Assembly: GCA_047495785.1 (NCBI GenBank)
Contig: JBLDXI010000031.1
Location: forward strand, 1,992,235-2,056,234
DNA length: 64,000 bases
From: Lepidodermella squamata
Taxonomy: Eukaryota > Animalia > Gastrotricha
Direction: 5' to 3'
Part shown: in pieces, positions 24,401 to 39,400 of the stretch
Position numbering within the stretch: position 1 is the first letter of the stretch
Layout of the letters: each line of letters opens with the position of its first letter
Notes under the pieces: generated by a model
What the model was told of the DNA's origin: nothing
What the model saw: only the letters and a program-made list of their open reading frames with translations
Database searches by the model: none
Made by a program: the position numbers and the translations under genes

Positions 24401-27400
24401 TGGAAGCCATAACAGGCTGAAACCGCTGTTTTCGCCACTTGCCCGTGTCGCCGCGGTTCGGCATCGTGCCCAACCAGTGCACATCACTCATGTTCGTGTG
24501 TCATTCGTTTGTGGCAGCAACGCCATGCACGTTTGCAGGCGATTCGGGCACATCTCAGGTGACGCCTATTTCGCTGCAAGCCGCAGAAGGCTGGAATCGT
24601 TGTGTTCAGCTCTTGTACGTACCGCAGCTATGCGGAAACGGGCTGAAACCAGGTAAACCATGCACATTTGCGCTTCATTCGATAGCGGCAGCAAGCGCAA
24701 ACACGTTCGCAGCCGATACGCGCATATTTCTGATGACCGATATTTCGCTGGCAGCCATAACAGGCTGAAACCGCTGTTTTCGCCACTTGCCCGTGTCGCC
24801 GCGGTTCGGCATCGTGCCCAACCAGTGCAAATCACTCATGTTCGTGTGTCATTCGTTTGTGGCAGCAACGCCATGCACGTTTGCAGGCGATTCGGGCACA
24901 TCTCAGGTGACGCCTATTTCGCTGCAAGCCGCAGAAGGCTGGAATCGTTGTGCTCAGCTCTTGTACGTACCGCAGCTATGCGGAAACGGGCTGAAACCAG
25001 GTAAACCATGCACATTCGCGCTTCATTCGATAGCGGCAGCAAGCGCAAACACGTTTGCAGCCGATACGCGCATATTCCGGGTGACCGATATTTCGCTGGA
25101 AGCCATAACAGGCTGAAACCGCTGTTTTCGCCACTTGCCCGTGTCGCCGCGGTTCGGCATCGTGCCCAACCAGTGCAAATCACTCATGTTCGTGTGTCAT
25201 TCGTTTGTGGCAGCAACGCCATGCACGTTTGCAGGCGATTCGGGCACATCTCAGGTGACGCCTATTTCGCTGCAAGCCGCAGGAGGCTGGAATCGTTGTG
25301 TTCAGCCCTTGTACGTACCGCAGCTATGCGGAAACGGGCTGAAACCAGGTGAACCATGCACATTCGCGCTTCATTCGATAGCGGCAGCAAGCGCAAACAC
25401 GTTCGCAGCCGATACGCGCATATTCCGGGTGACCGATATTTCGCTGGAAGCCATAACAGGCTGAAACCGCTGTTTTCGCCACTTGCCCGTGTCGCCGCGG
25501 TTCGGCATCGTGCCCAACCAGTGCACATCACTCATGTTCGTGTGTCATTCGTTTGTGGCAGCAACGCCATGCACGTTTGCAGGCGATTCGGGCACATCTC
25601 AGGTGACGCCTATTTCGCTGCAAGCCGCAGAAGGCTGGAATCGTTGTGTTCAGCTCTTGTACGTACCGCAGCTATGCGGAAACGGGCTGAAACCAGGTAA
25701 ACCATGCACATTTGCGCTTCATTCGATAGCGGCAGCAAGCGCAAACACGTTCGCAGCCGATACGCGCATATTTCTGATGACCGATATTTCGCTGGCAGCC
25801 ATAACAGGCTGAAACCGCTGTTTTCGCCACTTGCCCGTGTCGCCGCGGTTCGGCATCGTGCCCAACCAGTGCAAATCACTCATGTTCGTGTGTCATTCGT
25901 TTGTGGCAGCAACGCCATGCACGTTTGCAGGCGATTCGGGCACATCTCAGGTGACGCCTATTTCGCTGCAAGCCGCAGAAGGCTGGAATCGTTGTGCTCA
26001 GCTCTTGTACGTACCGCAGCTATGCGGAAACGGGCTGAAACCAGGTAAACCCTGCACATTCGCGCTTCATTCGATAGCGGCAGCAAGCGCAAACACGTTC
26101 GCAGCCGATACGCGCATATTTCTGATGACCGATATTTCGCTGGCAGCCATAACAGGCTGAAACCGCTGTTTTCGCCACTTGCCCGTGTCGCCGCGGTTCG
26201 GCATCGTGCCCAACCAGTGCAAATCACTCATGTTCGTGTGTCATTCGTTTGTGGCAGCAACGCCATGCACGTTTGCAGGCGATTCGGGCACATCTCAGGT
26301 GACGCCTATTTCGCTGCAAGACGCAGGAGGCTGGAATCGTTGTGTTCAGCTCTTGTACGTACCGCAGCTATGCGGAAACGGACTGAAACCAGGTAAACCA
26401 TGCACATTCGCGCTTCATTCGATAGCGGCAGCAAGCGCAAACACGTTTGCAGCCGATACGCGCATATTTCTGATGACCGATATTTCGCTGGCAGCCATAA
26501 CAGGCTGAAACCGCTGTTTTCGCCACTTGCCCGTGTCGCCGCGGTTCGGCATCGTGCCCAACCAGTGCAAATCACTCATGTTCGTGTGTCATTCGTTTGT
26601 GGCAGCAACGCCATGCACGTTTGCAGGCGATTCGGGCACATCTCAGGTGACGCCTATTTCGCTGCAAGCCGCAGAAGGCTGGAATCGTTGTGCTCAGCCC
26701 TTGTACGTACCGCAGCTATGCGGAAACGGGCTGAAACCAGGTAAACCATGCACATTTGCGCTTCATTCGATAGCGGCAGCAAGCGCAAACACGTTCGCAG
26801 CCGATACGCGCATATTCCGGGTGACCGATATTTCGCTGGAAGCCATAACAGGCTGAAACCGCTGTTTTCGCCACTTGCCCGTGTCGCCGCGGTTCGGCAT
26901 CGTGCCCAACCAGTGCAAATCACTCATGTTCGTGTGTCATTCGTTTGTGGCAGCAACGCCATGCACGTTTGCAGGCGATTCGGGCACATCTCAGGTGACG
27001 CCTATTTCGCTGCAAGCCGCAGAAGGCTGGAATCGTTGTGCTCAGCCCATGTGCGTACCGCAGCTATGCGGAAACGGACTGAAACCAGGTAAACCATGCA
27101 CATTCGCGCTTCATTCGATAGCGGCAGCAAGCGCAAACACGTTTGCAGCCGATACGCGCATATTTCTGATGACCGATATTTCGCTGGCAGCCATAACAGG
27201 CTGAAACCGCTGTTTTCGCCACTTGCCCGTGTCGCCGCGGTTCGGCATCGTGCCCAACCAGTGCAAATCACTCATGTTCGTGTGTCATTCGTTTGTGGCA
27301 GCAACGCCATGCACGTTTGCAGGCGATTCGGGCACATCTCAGGTGACGCCTATTTCGCTGCGAGCCGCAGAAGGCTGGAATCGTTGTGCTCAGCCCTTGT

Positions 27401-30400
27401 ACGTACCGCAGCTATGCGGAAACGGACTGAAACCAGGTAAACCATGCACATTCGCGCTTTATTCGATAGCGGCAGCAAGCGCAAACACGTTTGCAGCCGA
27501 TACGCGCATATTTCGGGTGACCGATATTTCGCTGGAAGCCATAACAGGCTGAAACCGCTGTTTTCGCCACTTGCCCGTGTCGCCGCGGTCCGGCATCGTG
27601 CCCAACCAGTGCAAATCACTCATGTTCGTGTGTCATTCGTTTGTGGCAGCAACGCCATGCACGTTTGCAGGCGATTCGGGCACATCTCAGGTGACGCCTA
27701 TTTCGCTGCGAGCCGCAGAAGGCTGGAATCGTTGTGCTCAGCCCTTGTACGTACCGCAGCTATGCGGAAACGGACTGAAACCAGGTAAACCATGCACATT
27801 CGCGCTTTATTCGATAGCGGCAGCAAGCGCAAACACGTTTGCAGCCGATACGCGCATATTTCGGGTGACCGATATTTCGCTGGAAGCCATAACAGGCTGA
27901 AACCGCTGTTTTCGCCACTTGCCCGTGTCGCCGCGGTCCGGCATCGTGCCCAACCAGTGCAAATCACTCATGTTCGTGTGTCATTCGTTTGTGGCAGCAA
28001 CGCCATGCACGTTTGCAGGCGATTCGGGCACATCTCAGGTGACGCCTATTTCGCTGCGAGCCGCAGAAGGCTGGAATCGTTGTGCTCAGCCCTTGTACGT
28101 ACCGCAGCTATGCGGAAACGGACTGAAACCAGGTAAACCAGGCACATTCGCGCTTCATTCGATAGCGGCAGCAAGCGCAAACACGTTTGCAGCCGATACG
28201 CGCATATTCCGGGTGACCGATATTTCGCTGGAAGCCATAACAGGCTGAAACCGCTGTTTTCGCCACTTGCCCGTGTCGCCGCGGTTCGGCATCGTGCCCA
28301 ACCAGTGCAAATCACTCATGTTCGTGTGTCATTCGTTTGTGGCAGCAACGCCATGCACGTTTGCAGGCGATTCGGGCACATCTCAGGTGACGCCTATTTC
28401 GCTGCGAGCCGCAGAAGGCTGGAATCGTTGTGCTCAGCCCTTGTACGTACCGCAGCTATGCGGAAACGGACTGAAACCAGGTAAACCAGGCACATTCGCG
28501 CTTCATTCGATAGCGGCAGCAAGCGCAAACACGTTTGCAGCCGATACGCGCATATTTCGGGTGACCGATATTTCGCTGCCAGCCATAACAGGCTGAAACC
28601 GCTGTTTTCGCCACTTGCCCGTGTCGCCGCGGTCCGGCATCGTGCCCAACCAGTGCAAATCACTCATGTTCGTGTGTCATTCGTTTGTGGCAGCAACGCC
28701 ATGCACGTTTGCAGGCGATTCGGGCACATCTCAGGTGACGCCTATTTCGCTGCGAGCCGCAGAAGGCTGGAATCGTTGTGCTCAGCCCTTGTACGTACCG
28801 CAGCTATGCGGAAACGGACTGAAACCAGGTAAACCATGCACATTCGCGCTTTATTCGATAGCGGCAGCAAGCGCAAACACGTTTGCAGCCGATACGCGCA
28901 TATTTCGGGTGACCGATATTTCGCTGGAAGCCATAACAGGCTGAAACCGCTGTTTTCGCCACTTGCCCGTGTCGCCGCGGTCCGGCATCGTGCCCAACCA
29001 GTGCAAATCACTCATGTTCGTGTGTCATTCGTTTGTGGCAGCAACGCCATGCACGTTTGCAGGCGATTCGGGCACATCTCAGGTGACGCCTATTTCGCTG
29101 CGAGCCGCAGAAGGCTGGAATCGTTGTGCTCAGCCCTTGTACGTACCGCAGCTATGCGGAAACGGACTGAAACCAGGTAAACCAGGCACATTCGCGCTTC
29201 ATTCGATAGCGGCAGCAAGCGCAAACACGTTTGCAGCCGATACGCGCATATTCCGGGTGACCGATATTTCGCTGGAAGCCATAACAGGCTGAAACCGCTG
29301 TTTTCGCCACTTGCCCGTGTCGCCGCGGTTCGGCATCGTGCCCAACCAGTGCAAATCACTCATGTTCGTGTGTCATTCGTTTGTGGCAGCAACGCCATGC
29401 ACGTTTGCAGGCGATTCGGGCACATCTCAGGTGACGCCTATTTCGCTGCGAGCCGCAGAAGGCTGGAATCGTTGTGCTCAGCCCTTGTACGTACCGCAGC
29501 TATGCGGAAACGGACTGAAACCAGGTAAACCAGGCACATTCGCGCTTCATTCGATAGCGGCAGCAAGCGCAAACACGTTTGCAGCCGATACGCGCATATT
29601 TCGGGTGACCGATATTTCGCTGCCAGCCATAACAGGCTGAAACCGCTGTTTTCGCCACTTGCCCGTGTCGCCGCGGTTCGGCATCGTGCCCAACCAGTGC
29701 AAATCACTCATGTTCGTGTGTCATTCGTTTGTGGCAGCAACGCCGTGCACGTTTGCAGGCGATTCGGGCACATCTCAGGTGACGCCTATTTCGCTGCGAG
29801 CCGCAGAAGGCTGGAATCGTTGTGCTCAGCCCTTGTACGTACCGCAGCTATGCGGAAACGGGCTGAAACCAGGTAAACCATGCACATTCGCGCTTCTTTC
29901 GATAGCGGCAGCAAGCGCAAACACGTTTGCAGCCGATACGCGCATATTCCGGATGACCGATATTTCGCTGCCAGCCATAACAGGCTGAAACCGCTGTTTT
30001 CGCCACTTGCCCGTTTCGCCGCGGTTCGGCATCGTGCCCAACCAGTGCAAATCACTCATGTTCGTGTGTCATTCGTTTGTGGCAGCAACGCCATGCACGT
30101 TTGCAGGCGATTCGGGCACATCTCAGGTGACGCCTATTTCGCTGCAAGCCGCAGAAGGCTGGAATCGTTGTGTTCAGCTCTTGTACGTACCGCAGCTATG
30201 CGGAAACGGGCTGAAACCAGGTAAACCATGCACATTCGCGCTTCTTTCGATAGCGGCAGCAAGCGCAAACACGTTTGCAGCCGATACGCGCATATTTCGG
30301 GTGACCGATATTTCGCTGCCAGCCATAACAGGCTGAAACCGCTGTTTTCGCCACTTGCCCGTGTCGCCGCGGTTCGGCATCGTGCCCAACCAGTGCAAAT

Positions 30401-33400
30401 CACTCATGTTCGTGTGTCATTCGTTTGTGGCAGCAACGCCATGCACGTTTGCAGGCGATTCGGGCACATCTCAGGTGACGCCAATTTCGCTGCAAGCCGC
30501 AGAAGGCTGGAATCGTTGTGCTCAGCTCTTGTACGTACCGCAGCTATGCGGAAACGGGCTGAAACCAGGTTAACCATGCACATTCGCGCTTCATTCGATA
30601 GCGGCAGCAAGCGCAAACACGTTTGCAGCCGATACGCGCATATTTCGGATGACCGATATTTCGCTGCCAGCCATAACAGGCTGAAACCGCTGATTTCGCC
30701 ACTTGCCCGTGTCGCCGCGGTTCGGCATCGTGCCCAACCAGTGCTAATCACTCATGTTCGTGTGTCATTCGTTTGTGGCAGCAACGCCATGCACGTTTGC
30801 AGGCGATTCGGGCACATCTCAGGTGACGCCTATTTCGCTGCAAGCCGCAGAAGGCTGGAATCGTTGTGCTCAGCCCTTGTACGTACCGCAGCTATGCGGA
30901 AACGGGCTGAAACCAGGTAAACCATGCACATTCGCGCTTCTTTCGATAGCGGCAGCAAGCGCAAACACGTTTGCAGCCGATACGCGCATATTCCGGATGA
31001 CCGATATTTCGCTGCCAGCCATAACAGGCTGAAACCGCTGTTTTCGCCACTTGCCCGTGTCGCCGCGGTTCGGCATCGTGCCCAACCAGTGCTAATCACT
31101 CATGTTCGTGTGTCATTCGTTTGTGGCAGCAACGCCATGCACGTTTGCAGGCGATTCGGGCACATCTCAGGTGACGCCTATTTCGCTGCGAGCCGCAGAA
31201 GGCTGGAATCGTTGTGCTCAGCCCTTGTACGTACCGCAGCTATGCGGAAACGGACTGAAACCAGGTAAACCAGGCACATTCGCGCTTCATTCGATAGCGG
31301 CAGCAAGCGCAAACACGTTTGCAGCCGATACGCGCATATTCCGGATGACCGATATTTCGCTGCCAGCCATAACAGGCTGAAACCGCTGTTTTCGCCACTT
31401 GCCCGTGTCGCCGCGGTTCGGCATCGTGCCCAACCAGTGCTAATCACTCATGTTCGTGTGTCATTCGTTTGTGGCAGCAACGCCATGCACGTTTGCAGGC
31501 GATTCGGGCACATCTCAGGTGACGCCTATTTCGCTGCAAGCCGCAGAAGGCTGGAATCGTTGTGTTCAGCCCTTGTACGTACCGCAGCTATGCGGAAACG
31601 GACTGAAACCAGGTAAACCATGCACATTCGCGCTTCATTCGATAGCGGCAGCAAGCGCAAACACGTTTGCAGCCGATACGCGCATATTCCGGATGACCGA
31701 TATTTCGCTGCCAGCCATAACAGGCTGAAACCGCTGATTTCGCCACTTGCCCGTGTCGCCGCGGTTCGGCATCGTGCCCAACCAGTGCAAATCACTCATG
31801 TTCGTGTGTCATTCGTTTGTGGCAGCAACGCCGTGCACGTTTGCAGGCGATTCGGGCACATCTCAGGTGACGCCTATTTCGCTGCGAGCCGCAGAAGGCT
31901 GGAATCGTTGTGCTCAGCCCTTGTACGTACCGCAGCTATGCGGAAACGGACTGAAACCAGGTAAACCAGGCACATTCGCGCTTCATTCGATAGCGGCAGC
32001 AAGCGCAAACACGTTTGCAGCCGATACGCGCATATTCCGGATGACCGATATTTCGCTGCCAGCCATAACAGGCTGAAACCGCTGTTTTCGCCACTTGCCC
32101 GTGTCGCCGCGGTTCGGCATCGTGCCCAACCAGTGCTAATCACTCATGTTCGTGTGTCATTCGTTTGTGGCAGCAACGCCATGCACGTTTGCAGGCGATT
32201 CGGGCACATCTCAGGTGACGCCTATTTCGCTGCAAGCCGCAGAAGGCTGGAATCGTTGTGTTCAGCTCTTGTACGTACCGCAGCTATGCGGAAACGGGCT
32301 GAAACCAGGTTAACCATGCACATTCGCGCTTCATTCGATAGCGGCAGCAAGCGCAAACACGTTTGCAGCCGATACGCGCATATTTCGGATGACCGATATT
32401 TCGCTGCCAGCCATAACAGGCTGAAACCGCTGTTTTCGCCACTTGCCCGTGTCGCCGCGGTTCGGCATCGTGCCCAACCAGTGCAAATCACTCATGTTCG
32501 TGTGTCATTCGTTTGTGGCAGCAACGCCATGCACGTTTGCAGGCGATTCGGGCACATCTCAGGTGACGCCTATTTCGCTGCAAGCCGCAGAAGGCTGGAA
32601 TCGTTGTGTTCAGCCCTTGTACGTACCGCAGCTATGCGGAAACGGACTGAAACCAGGTAAACCATGCACATTCGCGCTTCATTCGATAGCGGCAGCAAGC
32701 GCAAACACGTTTGCAGCCGATACGCGCATATTCCGGATGACCGATATTTCGCTGCCAGCCATAACAGGCTGAAACCGCTGTTTTCGCCACTTGCCCGTGT
32801 CGCCGCGGTTCGGCATCGTGCCCAACCAGTGCTAATCACTCATGTTCGTGTGTCATTCGTTTGTGGCAGCAACGCCATGCACGTTTGCAGGCGATTCGGG
32901 CACATCTCAGGTGACGCCTATTTCGCTGCAAGCCGCAGAAGGCTGGAATCGTTGTGTTCAGCCCTTGTACGTACCGCAGCTATGCGGAAACGGACTGAAA
33001 CCAGGTAAACCATGCACATTCGCGCTTCATTCGATAGCGGCAGCAAGCGCAAACACGTTTGCAGCCGATACGCGCATATTCCAGATGACCGATATTTCGC
33101 TGCCAGCCATAACAGGCTGAAACCGCTGATTTCGCCACTTGCCCGTGTCGCCGCGGTTCGGCATCGTGCCCAACCAGTGCAAATCACTCATGTTCGTGTG
33201 TCATTCGTTTGTGGCAGCAACGCCGTGCACGTATGCAGGCGATTCGGGCACATCTCAGGTGACGCCTATTTCGCTGCGAGCCGCAGAAGGCTGGAATCGT
33301 TGTGCTCAGCCCTTGTACGTACCGCAGCTATGCGGAAACGGACTGAAACCAGGTAAACCAGGCACATTCGCGCTTCATTCGATAGCGGCAGCAAGCGCAA

Positions 33401-36400
33401 ACACGTTTGCAGCCGATACGCGCATATTCCGGATGACCGATATTTCGCTGCCAGCCATAACAGGCTGAAACCGCTGTTTTCGCCACTTGCCCGTGTCGCC
33501 GCGGTTCGGCATCGTGCCCAACCAGTGCTAATCACTCATGTTCGTGTGTCATTCGTTTGTGGCAGCAACGCCATGCACGTTTGCAGGCGATTCGGGCACA
33601 TCTCAGGTGACGCCTATTTCGCTGCAAGCCGCAGAAGGCTGGAATCGTTGTGTTCAGCTCTTGTACGTACCGCAGCTATGCGGAAACGGGCTGAAACCAG
33701 GTAAACCATGCACATTCGCGCTTCTTTCGATAGCGGCAGCAAGCGCAAACACGTTTGCAGCCGATACGCGCATATTCCGGATGACCGATATTTCGCTGCC
33801 AGCCATAACAGGCTGAAACCGCTGTTTTCGCCACTTGCCCGTGTCGCCGCGGTTCGGCATCGTGCCGAACCAGTGCAAATCACTCATGTTCGTGTGTCAT
33901 TCGTTTGTGGCAGCAACGCCATGCACGTTTGCAGGCGATTCGGGCACATCTCAGGTGACGCCTATTTCGCTGCAAGCCGCAGAAGGCTGGAATCGTTGTG
34001 TTCAGCCCTTGTACGTACCGCAGCTATGCGGAAACGGACTGAAACCAGGTAAACCATGCACATTCGCGCTTCATTCGATAGCGGCAGCAAGCGCAAACAC
34101 GTTTGCAGCCGATACGCGCATATTCCGGATGACCGATATTTCGCTGCCAGCCATAACAGGCTGAAACCGCTGATTTCGCCACTTGCCCGTGTCGCCGCGG
34201 TTCGGCATCGTGCCCAACCAGTGCAAATCACTCATGTTCGTGTGTCATTCGTTTGTGGCAGCAACGCCATGCACGTTTGCAGGCGATTCGGGCACATCTC
34301 AGGTGACGCCTATTTCGCTGCAAGCCGCAGAAGGCTGGAATCGTTGTGTTCAGCTCTTGTACGTACCGCAGCTATGCGGAAACGGGCTGAAACCAGGTAA
34401 ACCATGCACATTCGCGCTTCTTTCGATAGCGGCAGCAAGCGCAAACACGTTTGCAGCCGATACGCGCATATTTCGGGTGACCGATATTTCGCTGCCAGCC
34501 ATAACAGGCTGAAACCGCTGTTTTCGCCACTTGCCCGTGTCGCCGCGGTTCGGCATCGTGCCCAACCAGTGCACATCACTCATGTTCGTGTGTCATTCGT
34601 TAGTGGCAGCAACGCCATGCACGTTTGCAGGCGATTCGGGCACATCTCAGGTGACGCCAATTTCGCTGCAAGCCGCAGAAGGCTGGAATCGTTGTGCTCA
34701 GCTCTTGTACGTACCGCAGCTATGCGGAAACGGGCTGAAACCAGGTTAACCATGCACATTCGCGGTTCATTCGATAGCGGCAGCAAGCGCAAACACGTTT
34801 GCAGCCGATACGCGCATATTTCGGATGACCGATATTTCGCTGCCAGCCATAACAGGCTGAAACCGCTGTTTTCGCCACTTGCCCGTGTCGCCGCGGTTCG
34901 GCATCGTGCCGAACCAGTGCAAATCACTCATGTTCGTGTGTCATTCGTTTGTGGCAGCAACGCCATGCACGTTTGCAGGCGATTCGGGCACATCTCAGGT
35001 GACGCCTATTTCGCTGCAAGCCGCAGAAGGCTGGAATCGTTGTGTTCAGCCCTTGTACGTACCGCAGCTATGCGGAAACGGACTGAAACCAGGTAAACCA
35101 TGCACATTCGCGCTTCATTCGATAGCGGCAGCAAGCGCAAACACGTTTGCAGCCGATACGCGCATATTCCGGATGACCGATATTTCGCTGCCAGCCATAA
35201 CAGGCTGAAACCGCTGATTTCGCCACTTGCCCGTGTCGCCGCGGTTCGGCATCGTGCCCAACCAGTGCAAATCACTCATGTTCGTGTGTCATTCGTTTGT
35301 GGCAGCAACGCCATGCACGTTTGCAGGCGATTCGGGCACATCTCAGGTGACGCCTATTTCGCTGCAAGCCGCAGAAGGCTGGAATCGTTGTGCTCAGCTC
35401 TTGTACGTACCGCAGCTATGCGGAAACGGGCTGAAACCAGGTTAACCATGCACATTCGCGCTTCTTTCGATAGCGGCAGCAAGCGCAAACACGTTTGCAG
35501 CCGATACGCGCATATTCCGGATGACCGATATTTCGCTGCCAGCCATAACAGGCTGAAACCGCTGTTTTCGCCACTTGCCCGTGTCGCCGCGGTTCGGCAT
35601 CGTGCCCAACCAGTGCAAATCACTCATGTTCGTGTGTCATTCGTTTGTGGCAGCAACGCCATGCACGTTTGCAGGCGATTCGGGCACATCTCAGGTGACG
35701 CCTATTTCGCTGCAAGCCGCAGAAGGCTGGAATCGTTGTGTTCAGCTCTTGTACGTACCGCAGCTATGCGGAAACGGGCTGAAACCAGGTAAACCATGCA
35801 CATTCGCGCTTCTTTCGATAGCGGCAGCAAGCGCAAACACGTTTGCAGCCGATACGCGCATATTTCGGGTGACCGATATTTCGCTGCCAGCCATAACAGG
35901 CTGAAACCGCTGTTTTCGCCACTTGCCCGTGTCGCCGCGGTTCGGCATCGTGCCCAACCAGTGCTAATCACTCATGTTCGTGTGTCATTCGTTTGTGGCA
36001 GCAACGCCATGCACGTTTGCAGGCGATTCGGGCACATCTCAGGTGACGCCTATTTCGCTGCAAGCCGCAGAAGGCTGGAATCGTTGTGCTCAGCTCTTGT
36101 ACGTACCGCAGCTATGCGGAAACGGGCTGAAACCAGGTTAACCATGCACATTCGCGCTTCTTTCGATAGCGGCAGCAAGCGCAAACACGTTTGCAGCCGA
36201 TACGCGCATATTCCGGGTGACCGATATTTCGCTGGCAGCCATAACAGGCTGAAACCGCTGTTTTCGCCACTTGCCCGTGTCGCCGCGGTTCGGCATCGTG
36301 CCGAACCAGTGCAAATCACTCATGTTCGTGTGTCATTCGTTTGTGGCAGCAACGCCATGCACGTTTGCAGGCGATTCGGGCACATCTCAGGTGACGCCTA

Positions 36401-39400
36401 TTTCGCTGCGAGCCGCAGAAGGCTGGAATCGTTGTGTTCAGCTCTTGTACGTACCGCAGCTATGCGGAAACGGGCTGAAACCAGGTAAACCATGCACATT
36501 CGCGCTTCATTCGATAGCGGCAGCAAGCGCAAACACGTTTGCAGCCGATACGCGCATATTCCGGGTGACCGATATTTCGCTGCCAGCCATAACAGGCTGA
36601 AACCGCTGTTTTCGCCACTTGCCCGTGTCGCCGCGGTTCGGCATCGTGCCCAACCAGTGCAAATCACTCATGTTCGTGTGTCATTCGTTTGTGGCAGCAA
36701 CGCCATGCACGTTTGCAGGCGATTCGGGCACATCTCAGGTGACGCCTATTTCGCTGCAAGCCGCAGAAGGCTGGAATCGTTGTGTTCAGCTCTTGTACGT
36801 ACCGCAGCTATGCGGAAACGGGCTGAAACCAGGTAAACCATGCACATTCGCGCTTCTTTCGATAGCGGCAGCAAGCGCAAACACGTTTGCAGCCGATACG
36901 CGCATATTTCGGATGACCGATATTTCGCTGCCAGCCATAACAGGCTGAAACCGCTGTTTTCGCCACTTGCCCGTGTCGCCCCGGTTCGGCATCGTGCCGA
37001 ACCAGTGCAAATCACTCATGTTTGTGTGTCATTCGTTTGTGGCAGCAACGCCATGCACGTTTGCAGGCGATTCGGGCACATCTCAGGTGACGCCTATTTC
37101 GCTGCAAGCCGCAGAAGGCTGGAATCGTAGTGTTCAGCCCTTGTACGTACCGCAGCTATGCGGAAACGGACTGAAACCAGGTAAACCATGCACATTCGCG
37201 CTTCATTCGATAGCGGCAGCAAGCGCAAACACGTTTGCAGCCGATACGCGCATATTCCGGATGACCGATATTTCGCTGCCAGCCATAACAGGCTGAAACC
37301 GCTGTTTTCGCCACTTGCCCGTGTCGCCGCGGTTCGGCATCGTGCCCAACCAGTGCAAATCACTCATGTTCGTGTGTCATTCGTTTGTGGCAGCAACGCC
37401 ATGCACGTTTGCAGGCGATTCGGGCACATCTCAGGTGACGCCTATTTCGCTGCAAGCCGCAGAAGGCTGGAATCGTTGTGCTCAGCTCTTGTACGTACCG
37501 CAGCTATGCGGAAACGGGCTGAAACCAGGTTAACCATGCACATTCGCGCTTCATTCGATAGCGGCAGCAAGCGCAAACACGTTTGCAGCCGATACGCGCA
37601 TATTTCGGATGACCGATATTTCGCTGCCAGCCATAACAGGCTGAAACCGCTGTTTTCGCCACTTGCCCGTGTCGCCGCGGTTCGGCATCGTGCCCAATCA
37701 GTGCAAATCACTCATGTTCGTGTGTCATTCGTTTGTGGCAGCAACGCCATGCACGTTTGCAGGCGATTCGGGCACATCTCAGGTGACGCCAATTTCGCTG
37801 CAAGGCCGCAGAAGGCTGGAATCGTTGTGCTCAGCTCTTGTACGTACCGCAGCTATGCGGAAACGGGCTGAAACCAGGTTAACCATGCACATTCGCGCTT
37901 CATTCGATAGCGGCAGCAAGCGCAAACACGTTTGCAGCCGATACGCGCATATTTCGGATGACCGATATTTCGCTGCCAGCCATAACAGGCTGAAACCGCT
38001 GTTTTCGCCACTTGCCCGTGTCGCCGCGGTTCGGCATCGTGCCCAACCAGTGCAAATCACTCATGTTCGTGTGTCATTCGTTTGTGGCAGCAACGCCATG
38101 CACGTTTGCAGGCGATTCGGGCACATCTCAGGTGACGCCTATTTCGCTGCAAGCCGCAGAAGGCTGGAATCGTAGTGTTCAGCCCTTGTACGTACCGCAG
38201 CTATGCGGAAACGGACTGAAACCAGGTAAACCATGCACATTCGCGCTTCATTCGATAGCGGCAGCAAGCGCAAACACGTTTGCAGCCGATACGCGCATAT
38301 TCCGGATGACCGATATTTCGCTGCCAGCCATAACAGGCTGAAACCGCTGTTTTCGCCACTTGCCCGTGTCGCCGCGGTTCGGCATCGTGCCGAACCAGTG
38401 CAAATCACTCATGTTTGTGTGTCATTCGTTTGTGGCAGCAACGCCATGCACGTTTGCAGGCGATTCGGGCACATCTCAGGTGACGCCTATTTCGCTGCAA
38501 GCCGCAGAAGGCTGGAATCGTTGTGTTCAGCTCTTGTACGTACCGCAGCTATGCGGAAACGGGCTGAAACCAGGTAAACCATGCACATTCGCGCTTCTTT
38601 CGATAGCGGCAGCAAGCGCAAACACGTTTGCAGCCGATACGCGCATATTTCGGGTGACCGATATTTCGCTGCCAGCCATAACAGGCTGAAACCGCTGTTT
38701 TCGCCACTTGCCCGTGTCGCCGCGGTTCGGCATCGTGCCCAACCAGTGCAAATCACTCATGTTCGTGTGTCATTCGTTTGTGGCAGCAACGCCATGCACG
38801 TTTGCAGGCGATTCGGGCACATCTCAGGTGACGCCAATTTCGCTGCAAGCCGCAGAAGGCTGGAATCGTTGTGCTCAGCTCTTGTACGTACCGCAGCTAT
38901 GCGGAAACGGGCTGAAACCAGGTTAACCATGCACATTCGCGCTTCATTCGATAGCGGCAGCAAGCGCAAACACGTTTGCAGCCGATACGCGCATATTTCG
39001 GATGACCGATATTTCGCTGCCAGCCATAACAGGCTGAAACCGCTGTTTTCGCCACTTGCCCGTGTCGCCGCGGTTCGGCATCGTGCCCAACCAGTGCAAA
39101 TCACTCATGTTCGTGTGTCATTCGTTAGTGGCAGCAACGCCATGCACGTTTGCAGGCGATTCGGGCACATCTCAGGTGACGCCTATTTCGCTGCAAGCCG
39201 CAGAAGGCTGGAATCGTAGTGTTCAGCCCTTGTACGTACCGCAGCTATGCGGAAACGGACTGAAACCAGGTAAACCATGCACATTCGCGCTTCTTTCGAT
39301 AGCGGCAGCAAGCGCAAACACGTTTGCAGCCGATACGCGCATATTTCGGGTGACCGATATTTCGCTGCCAGCCATAACAGGCTGAAACCGCTGTTTTCGC

